A stretch of DNA of 61,961 bases from Chiloscyllium plagiosum (Eukaryota), in contig NC_057711.1 of the NCBI RefSeq assembly GCF_004010195.1, positions 73,039,972 through 73,101,932 on the forward strand, given 5' to 3'. The translations under genes and the position numbers were made by a program. This document shows, piece by piece, positions 52,995 through 61,961 of the stretch (position 1 is its first letter; each line of letters starts with the position of its first letter). Below the pieces are notes generated by a model. It was given only the letters and a program-made list of their open reading frames with translations. It had not been told where the DNA came from and did no database searches.

Positions 52995-54231
52995 CAGGTA
53001 CGCAACCCTTTATCTGAAATCTGAAGTCTTTCTCGTGCAGTTTTTTTTCTCCATAACAAGGTTGTTTGGCATACAAACAGTTAACCCAGCTCCACACCCA
53101 CTCAACCCACATCACTCAGATGTGACATGGCGGCATGGACCAGTACTGGCAGGCGTCAATTCTGTCTCAGCGCTCATAGTACTCACAGGTGCGTCTGATG
53201 TTCGGTAAGATTTTTTTTAAATTTCACCGTGAAACTGTCACTTATAGAGTCATAGAGATGTACTGCATGGAAACAGACCCTTCGATCCAAACCCCGTCCA
53301 TGCCGACCAGATATCCCAACCTAAATTAGTCCCTCCTGCCAGCACCCGGCCCATATCCCTCCAAACCCTTCCTATTCACATACCCATCCAAAAGCCTCTT
53401 AAATGTTGCAATTGTACTAGCCTCCACCAGCTCCTCTGGCAGCTCATTACATACATGTACCACTCACTGCATGAAAAAGGTGCCCCTTAGGTCCCTTTAT
53501 ACTTTCCCACTCTCACCCTAAACCTATTCCCTCTAGTCCTGGACTCCCCAACCCCAGGGAAGAGACTTTGTCTACTTATCTTATCCATGACCCTCAACCT
53601 CCATCTAGTCTACACCTGACATATGCTTCCTTCTTTTTCTTAACCAAACTCTCAATTTCTTCAGTCATCCAGCATTCCCTACACCTACCAGCCTTTCCTT
53701 TCACCCCAAGAGGAATATACTGTCTCTGGACTCTCGTTACCTCATTTCTGAAGGTTTCCCATTTTCCAGCCATCCCTTTACCTGCAAACATTTGCCCCCA
53801 ATCAGCTTTTGAAAGTTCTTGCCCAATACCATCAAAATTAGCTTTCCTCCAATTTAGAACTTCATCTTTTGATCTTTTTCCATCACTATTTTAAAATGAA
53901 TAGAATTATGGTCGCTGGCTGCAAAATGCTCCCCCACTGACACCTCAGTCACCTGCCCTGCCTTATTTCCCAAGAGTGGGTCAAGTTTTCCACCTTCTCT
54001 AGTAGGTACATCCACATATTGAATCAGAAAATTTTCCTGGACACGCTTAATAAACTCCACTCCATTTAATCCCTTAACACTATGGCAGTCCCAGACTATG
54101 TTTGGAAAGTTAAAATCCCCTACCATAACCACCCTTTTGTTCTTCCAGATAACTGACTCCAAAGTCCAAAAAATTCAGGATTCAGAAAACCAGCTGACCC
54201 CAAGGGTTTCGGATAAAGGATTATGTAGCTG
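52995..54231. mobile_element. Second Tigger-like MITE copy (opposite orientation to 30230-30588), split by a CR1
   Basis: TIRs caggtacgcaaccctttatctgaaat ... tttcggataaaggattatgtagctg; the two halves rejoin collinearly with the first copy. Confidence 0.85.
53245..54156 (-). mobile_element. Internally deleted CR1 (3' end fused to the endonuclease region)
   Basis: Tail at 53245; jump near 53596 to GDFNFPNI..W and SDHN endonuclease motifs. Confidence 0.9.
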
Positions 54232-54605
54232 TACCATCACATTTTACGTGCCACCCTGCCAGATATAAAGATAATTGCAAAAAAGCATTGCAACTCTATC
54301 ATGAAAAACAAGCTTGATAATGGTGTTCAAACATCAGATGTACTTGGTCAACGATCAGATACCGAAATGGCTGTACAAAACAGTTTCCTCACTAACCCAT
54401 GATTATATGGATTCCGTTGATGTCAAACAACACAGGATATTTGGCTAAAAGTGTAACTGCAGTGAAATAGTTGCTACTCAGCGCTCCCTGTTTGTCTCGG
54501 ATTATGGTAAATCACTTCCTTGTTGCCAAAAATGCAGATTTTGTTCCACTGTGTTTACCAAATACATAAATAATGTACTAAGCAACAAGGGTCAGAATGG
54601 CTTCA

Positions 54606-54761
<156 letters not shown>

Positions 54762-55089
54762 TTAGAAACTTAAATGCAACCCAATGTACAATCAAATTCA
54801 GAAGGAATAAATATCAATTGTTGCTGTAAGCATACATATTAAATGATCAGACTACCATTGAGAAGTATTCATGCAAAAGTGTCACTTCACATTAAAAGCC
54901 AAAACTGATCACACGCTCCAGTCTCCAAAATTGGTTGTAAGTTAAATCAGATATTTAAAAAAAGAAATTAAGCTAACTAACAAATAAACCCAATTATGAA
55001 TATGCATTCTTTATTCTTACACAGGATTTGAGTATATTTGACAGTAAGGTGCCTTCTTGAATCACTGCAGCATATCTGGCGCAGGCGAC

Positions 55090-56563
55090 GTTCCCTCAGT
55101 CACCGCTGCAGATTGGTCTTCCTGGGAGTCAGCCTAAGGAAAGCGATAGGCCCAGACAGATCCGGCCATGCACATGGGTACTGTGCAGACCGACAGGCAG
55201 AAATACTCACAGCCATCTTCAACCTCTCCTTCCTACTAACCAAAGTCCCCATCTGCTTCAAGAAGACCACCATCATCCCAGTGTCAAAGAAAGCATGTGC
55301 AATGTGCCTTAATGGCTACCGCCCAATGATTCTGACCTCCATAATCATTAAGTGCTTTGTGGGCCATAACCAGCCTCTCGTCGACTCTAGCCTTCCTCGA
55401 TCCCTTTCATCTTGTTGTTCACAAAACAGGTCCACAGTGGATGCCATTTTCCTGACTCTATGCTCATGCCTGGAATATGTGGATTACAAGGACTCCTATG
55501 TCAGACTCCTATTCATAGACTACAGCCCTGCCTTCAACACCATAATCTCTGCAAGACTAATCTCAAACCTCCAAGACCCAAGTCTTGGCTCTACGCTCTG
55601 ATTGCAGTCTTGGAAGCAGGAATCTGAAGATCCAGTTAAAGTGAAGTTAGACAACTACACCTCCCCCAGAATAATCCTCAACATTGGAGACCCCCAAGGA
55701 TACATACTCAGCCCTCTGCCGTACTCCCTGTATACCCATGATTGTGTAGCCAAATTCCGAACAACATAATCTACAAGTATGCTGATGACATCACGGTGGT
55801 AAGATAGACATCAAACATTGCATCAGAATACAGAAAGGAGATAGAGGGCTGTGTGTCATGGTGCAATGATAATAACCTCTCAATGTTGCCAAAACTAAAG
55901 AACTGATCAATGACTTCAGAAAGAAAGGAGAAGGACACCCCCCCAACTTCAGCAATGCAGTAAGGTGGAAAGGGTCGAGACCATCATGATTCTCAGAGTG
56001 ATGACAACTGAAAACCTGTCCTGGACTTCTCATGTGGGTGTCAATGGTCAAGGCACAACCTCAGGTGCCTTCAGAAATTCAGCATGACCATAAGGGCCCT
56101 CACCAATCTTTACAGATGCCCCACAGAAAGCATACAGTTCGGGTGCATAATGCCCTGAAATGGTAACCGCTCTGTCCAGGACCATAAGAAACTACAGCAG
56201 GTTGTGCGCACAGCCCAGACCATCACAGACGCCAAACTCCTATCCATGGACTCCAGTTCCACATCTCGTTGCAGCGGAAAGGCTGCCAACATCAAAGACC
56301 CCTCCCACCCTGGTAATGCTCTCCTCCAACCTCTTCCATCAGGCAAAAGATACAGAAGCTCAAGCATATTAGGCTGCTGTACGGACTCTCTAACCTCAAA
56401 TATTGTTGATCTTGCTTTGTGCATCTCTTGTGCAGTATGCCTCAGACCATCTCGAAATCCTTTAATCTCAATTCCTTGTTTGATATCATCTGCCTGTACT
56501 ACTTGCAAAACAAAGCTTTTCTCTGTAATTAGCTACATGTGAGTATAGTAAATCAAATCAAAA
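55090..56563 (+). mobile_element. Rex1/Babar-like LINE, 5'-truncated and degenerate
   Basis: VPICFKKTTIIPV, NRSTVDAI, YVRLLFIDYSPAFNTII, KYADD; (AAATC)n tail. Confidence 0.85.
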
Positions 56564-57109
56564 TGTTTGTTTTATAATCTGCCATATAACAATTATACTT
56601 TAAAGGATCTAGAGTCAGACAATAATTGCAATTGCTTGTAAATTTCAAATGCCACGCCAATGATTTGTTTTCTTTAAAAAGAAAAGATAGTTGTTCAATT
56701 ACGATTTACCATTATGATGGAGAGAATAGTCTGGCAAGATACATAAATTGTCCAGGTCACTGCTCAGAGTAAATAGAAGTAATGCTGCTACAAGGTAACA
56801 GATGGAAGTTGATATGAGGCACTAACTCCAATGCAAGGATTTAGAAAGCCCTTAAGAAATCAATTATTTATTTACCTAAATAATTTTAGGAAACTATTTA
56901 AATAAATAACTGTATAAACATTAAGTAAATAAATCTCTGCATGTAAAACAGTGAGCAGTTCTTTTCAAGGTAATGGAATTTTATACAGAGGCCATTAATT
57001 TGTACTTTCGTAAGGCAATTGAAACTTCCAGAATTCAGTGAAATGACAAAAATATTTGTTAGATGCGAGACTTTTGCACAAACTTACATAGCAACATTGC
57101 ACTATCAAT

Positions 57110-59388
57110 TAGAGTCATAGAGATGTGCAGCATGGAAATCCTCCAACCCTGGCAACACCCTTGTAAATCTTTTCTGAACCCTTTCAAGTTTCACAACATC
57201 TTTCCGATAGGAAGGAGACCAGAATTTCACGCAATATTTCAACAGTGGCCCAACCAATATCCTGTACAGCTGCAACATGACCTCTCAACTCCTGTACTCA
57301 ATACTCTGACCAATAAAGGAAAGCATACCAAACGCCTTCTTCACTATCCTATCTACCTGCGACTCCACTTTCAAGGAGCTATGAACCTGCACTCAGGGTC
57401 TCTTTGTTCAGCAACACTCCCTAGGACTTTACCATTAAGTCCTGCTAAGATTTACTTTCCTAAAATGAAGCACCTCTCATTTAACAGAATTAAACTCCAT
57501 CGGTCACTTCTCAGCTCATTGGCCCATCTGGTCAAGATCCTGTTGTAATCTGAGGTAACCCTCTTCGCTGTCCACTACACCTCCAATTTTGGTGTCATCT
57601 GCAAACTTACTAACTGTACCTCTTATGCTCGCATCCAAATCATTTATGTAAATAACAAAAGGTTGAGGACCCAGCACTGATCCTTGTGGCACTCCACTGG
57701 TCACAGGCCTCCAGTCTGAAAAACAACCCACCACCACCACCCTCTGTCTTCTAGCTTTGAGTCAGTTCTATATCCAAATGGCGAGTTGTCCCTTTATTCC
57801 ATGTGATCTAACCTTGCTAATCAGTCTCCCACGGGGAACCTTGTCAAACGCCTTTCTGAAGTACATACAGATCACATCTACCGCTCTGCCCTCATCAATC
57901 CTCTTTGTTACTTCTTCAAAAAACTCAGTCCTTACCACCCTTCTTAAACAGTGGCACCACGTTTGCCAACCTCCAGTCTTCCGGCACCTCACCTGTGACT
58001 ATCAATGATACAAATATCTCAGCAAGAGGCCCAGTAATCATTTCTCTCGCTTCCCACAGAGTTCTAGGGTACACCTGATCAGGTCCTGGGGATTTATCCA
58101 CCTTTACACGTTTCAAGACATTCAGCACTTCCTCCTCTGTAATCTGGACATTTTGCAAGATGTCACCATTTATTTCCTACAGTCTATATCTTCCAAATCA
58201 CTTTCCACAGTAAATACTGATACTAAATACTCATTTAGTATCTCCCCCATTTTCTGCGGTTCCACCTTGCTGATCTTTGAGGGGCCCTATTCTCTCCGTA
58301 GTTACCCTTTTGTCCTTAATGTATTTGGAAAAACCCTTTGGATTCTCCTTAATTCTATTTGCCAAGGCTATCTCATGTCCCCTTTTTGCCCTCCTGATTT
58401 CCCTCTGAAGTATACTCCTACTTTCTTTATACTCTAAGGATTCACTTAATCTATCCTGTCTATACCTTACATGTGCTTCTTTCTTTTTCTTAACCAAACC
58501 CTCAATTTCTTTAGTCATCCAGCATTCCCTATACCTATTAGCTTTTCCTTTCAACCTGACAGGAAGATACTTTTTCTGGATTCTTGTTATCTCATTTCTG
58601 AAGGCTTCCCATTTTCCAGCCGTACCTTTACGTGTGAACATCTGCCTCCAATCAGCTTTCGAAAGTTCTTGCCTAATACCGTCAAAATTGGCCTTTCTCC
58701 AATTTAGAACTTCAACTTTTAGATCTGGTCTATCCTTTTCCATCACTATTTTAAATCCAAGAATTATGGTCGCTGGCCCCAAAATGCTCCCCCACTGACA
58801 CCTCAGTAACCTGCCCTGCCTTATTTCCCAAGAGTAGATCAAGTTTTGCACCTTCTCTAGTAGGTATATCCACATACTGAATCAGAATATTGTCTTGTAC
58901 TCACTTAACAAATTCCTCTCCATCTAAACCTTTAACACTATGGCAGTCCCAGTCTATGTTTGGAAAGTTAAAATCCCCTACCATAACCACCCTATTATTC
59001 TTACAGATAGCTGAGATCTCCTTACAAGTTTGTTTCTCAATTTCCCTCTGACTATTAGGGGGTCTATAATATAAGCTGAAAATGTGTTGCTGGAAAAGCG
59101 CAGGTCAGGCAGCATCCAGGGAACAGGAGAATCGAAGTTTCGGGCATAAGCCCTTCTTCAGGAAGAAGAAGGGCTTATGCCCGAAACTTCGATTCTCCTG
59201 TTCCCTGGATGCTGCCTGACCTGCTGCGCTTTTCCAGCAACACATTTTCAGCTCTGATCGCCAGCATCTGCAGTCCTCACTTTCTCCTCGGTCTATAATA
59301 TAATCCCAATAAGGTGATTATCCCTATCTTATTTCTCAGTTCCACCCAAATAACTTCCCTGGACGTATTTCCAGGAATATCCTCCCTA
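57110..59388 (-). mobile_element. CR1 LINE (endonuclease to 3' tail) with several internal deletions and a PLE hairpin insert
   Basis: GVPQGSVLGP, KFADDTKIGG, KSPGPD, GDFNFPNIDW. Confidence 0.93.
59075..59289. mobile_element. 215-nt hairpin-shaped PLE-terminus insertion with 14-bp TSD
   Basis: ggtctataatataa at 59061-59074 and 59290-59303; inverted arms 59074-59159 and 59165-59253. Confidence 0.93.
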
Positions 59389-59484
59389 GTAACAAAGCAA
59401 ACAAATTAAGTGCTGAAAAATAACTTGCACAACCATGCTTTCTCCCAATGTCAACCATCAAAATCTCCAGCCAATGATACATAC

Positions 59485-59565
59485 CAGATTGCCTAGCACT
59501 TTAAGTTTCTTTCTCAAAGCATCTCCAATCTGTCTCACGATTTCTCCTCGTTTTGGTGCTGGAAT
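59485..59565 (-). CDS. ALDH7A1: ALDH7A1 exon ~4 (81 nt): [27 protein letters not shown]
   Basis: tccag|ATT...CTG|gtatgt; manual translation. Confidence 0.96.
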
Positions 59566-61675
59566 CTGGACAAGATTTAAAAAGAAAGTTTTTTTAATTA
59601 TTTAGCTTCTCAATTTATTTTTAAATATTAAACAGACAAAAGCTCACTGAATAAGATTATCAGTTAAAGACTGAAAATAAATATTTACTCTATGCAACGG
59701 AACAGATGGAATTACAAAGGCAGCTTATGTAGTCAGAATACATTGACCTAACAACTTGGTTCTAGTTATCCTTCTAATGACCTTCAAACTGCTACGCCAA
59801 ATGTATTTCAACAAAATATTTGAGAGTGGCTACCATACAAAGATGGGTTTTGTCAGCTCCTGACCTTATTACAGCCTTGGTTCTATTATGTATATAAAAG
59901 CGGAACTCCAGTGCGGAGGACGTTGCGAATGGCTTTGAAGTGTGACATCAAGAGCTTGAGCAAAACTGGAGTGAATGAGAATAAGGGGAAATATCCCCAC
60001 TGGTTGGAGTCATGCCTGGCACATCGGAAGCTGACTGTGGTCATTGGAGGTCAGTTATCTTAGCACTAGGACATCTCTGCAGGAGTTTCTCAGGGGAGTG
60101 TCCTGGGCCCAACCACCTTCTGCTGCTTCATCAATGACCTTCCCTCCATCATAAGGTCAGAAGTGGGGTTTTTGCCAATTGTTACACAATATTCAGCACC
60201 ATTCACCACTTCTCAGATAATGAAGCAATGCATGTACAAACGAACAACAACTGGACAATATGCCACATGAAGTTGATAACTGGTGAGCAGTTATACACTT
60301 TTTGAGAAGATTTGAAGCTCAGGTTGAGGTTCTGGATGTAGGTTTGCTCAGTGAGAGATATACATACCACAAAGGCAATTACCAACTCCAACAAAATAAA
60401 ATCTCTTTGAAATTCACCCTCTGATATTCAATGGCAATACCATTGCTGAATAACCCACTATCAATATCCTGGGGATTATCGTCACGAAGAAACTGGTCAT
60501 ACAAATAGTGACCACAGAACAATATAACCTAAGGGAGAACAAAGTAGGACTTTGACATTACAGTTGATCAATCTATAAACTGGCTGTTCCACTTGAAAGC
60601 ACGAGAATGGCAATTTATTTTCATACTGGAAAGTTCCACGCAAATAAATAATCCAAGAGCAGGTCAGTGGCTTGGAATTCTGCAGGAAATAACTAACCTC
60701 CTGACATGCCCAAAGCCACCAGTCAGGAGTGGGCTTGTCTTAAAAATTCCATGCATCTCCTTTGCAAAACAGCCATTATCACTTGCTTGATCCATTGCGC
60801 TGACTTACTTGAGAAGTAAAATTTGCTATTCTGGGGTGAAAAGTTGAGGCCAATTACAACTGCAGGAACAGCATATGTGGCCGAAAACAGGTCTGGCGGC
60901 AGGGAGGTGACTTATAAGCTGTAAATATACAAAGGCATGATTTTTCACAATGAAAAACCATGGGTCAACTTATATGCCACAGTTCAAGATAACTATTCTG
61001 CTGCATAGTCTTATCAATAGATCTTCAGAGTTGCTTTGCATAATTTCACTTAAAAATAACAGAAACTTCCACAGTTAAGATCTTGTTGATTATTTAACTA
61101 CTTCTTTTTAAGTTGAATTATTGATAAGTAAAACAGAGAAATATCAGATCATCCATAAAATGTGATCAGCCAATTTCCTCCTGAAGGTTTTATTTATTTG
61201 CATGGAACTTTCCAGTATGAAAACAATTTGCCATTCTTATGCTTTCAGGTGAAATAGTCAGTGTACAGATAGTTCCACTGTAGTGTCTAAGTCCAATTGC
61301 GTTCTCCCTCAGGTTTCAGTGCTCTGTGGTCAACTGTGTAACAGTCAGATGCAGCTGGTCAGACTTAACTGCCAACTTGTTAACCCAACCTATTTAGAAA
61401 ACATAAAAAGGCAGCAATCAAACACAAGTGGCTTCCCCAAAAGTTTGAATACTCAAGAAGCTAAGTCAGCAGACCAGGAAAGTCCAAAGTTCATTCTTCA
61501 TCTTGTATGAAATCAGCTGATCTGAAGCAAAGGATTTGGGAAATCAGCTACAATTGTATACTGCAAACTCCTGTGTCATAGTGGGAAGTGAATATGCTAA
61601 TTAAGCCTTAATGAAAGTGGAAACCAAAATTACCTACTACAGGCAGAATATGGAAACAGGCTAGATTAGCAAATA

Positions 61676-61961
61676 GAGCTGAAAATGTGCTGGAAAAGCG
61701 CAGCAGGTCAGGCAGCATCCAAGGAACAGGAGAATCGACGCTTCGGGCATAAGCCCTTCTTCAGGAATGAGGAAAGTGTGTCCAGCAGGCTAAGATAAAA
61801 GGTAGGGAGGAGGGACTTGGGGGAGGGGCGTTGGAAATGCGATAGGTGGAAGGAGGTCAAGGTGAGGGTGATAGGCCAGAGTGGGGTGGGGCGGAGAGGT
61901 CAGGAAGAAGATTGCTGGTTAGGAAGCCAGTGTTGTGTTTGAGGGATTTGACTGATGCAGG
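61676..61961 (-). mobile_element. Young Penelope-like element 3' terminus running off the window
   Basis: Near-identical to the 59075 left arm, then continues collinearly with 18165-18360. Confidence 0.88.

Overview
This is eukaryotic, AT-rich, repeat-dense DNA, almost certainly from an elasmobranch (shark), judging by its HE1-like V-SINEs and HER1/CR1-like LINEs. The only host gene I can support is ALDH7A1 (antiquitin) on the minus strand. Fifteen GT-AG exons (59565 down to the stop at 16073) splice into one intact frame and correspond to human exons 4-18 as I recall them; exons 1-3 lie beyond the right edge. The rest is transposon-derived. At 0.7-9.5 kb an old plus-strand Gypsy element is interrupted by a CR1 LINE and by a minus-strand Gmr1-like Gypsy element with gag-PR-IN-RT-RH order, a tRNA-Pro PBS and only one LTR. 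There are also many CR1 copies, L1, Rex1, RTE and L2 fragments, SINEs and two Tigger-like MITEs. The most unusual signal is a set of Penelope-like element (PLE) termini carrying minimal hammerhead-ribozyme-like motifs. They occur as 38-215 nt micro-insertions with target-site duplications and as inverted hairpins inside ALDH7A1 introns. I found no CRISPR array, prokaryotic system or convincing new protein-coding gene. Family names come from motif recognition, not database searches, and boundaries of old repeats are approximate.
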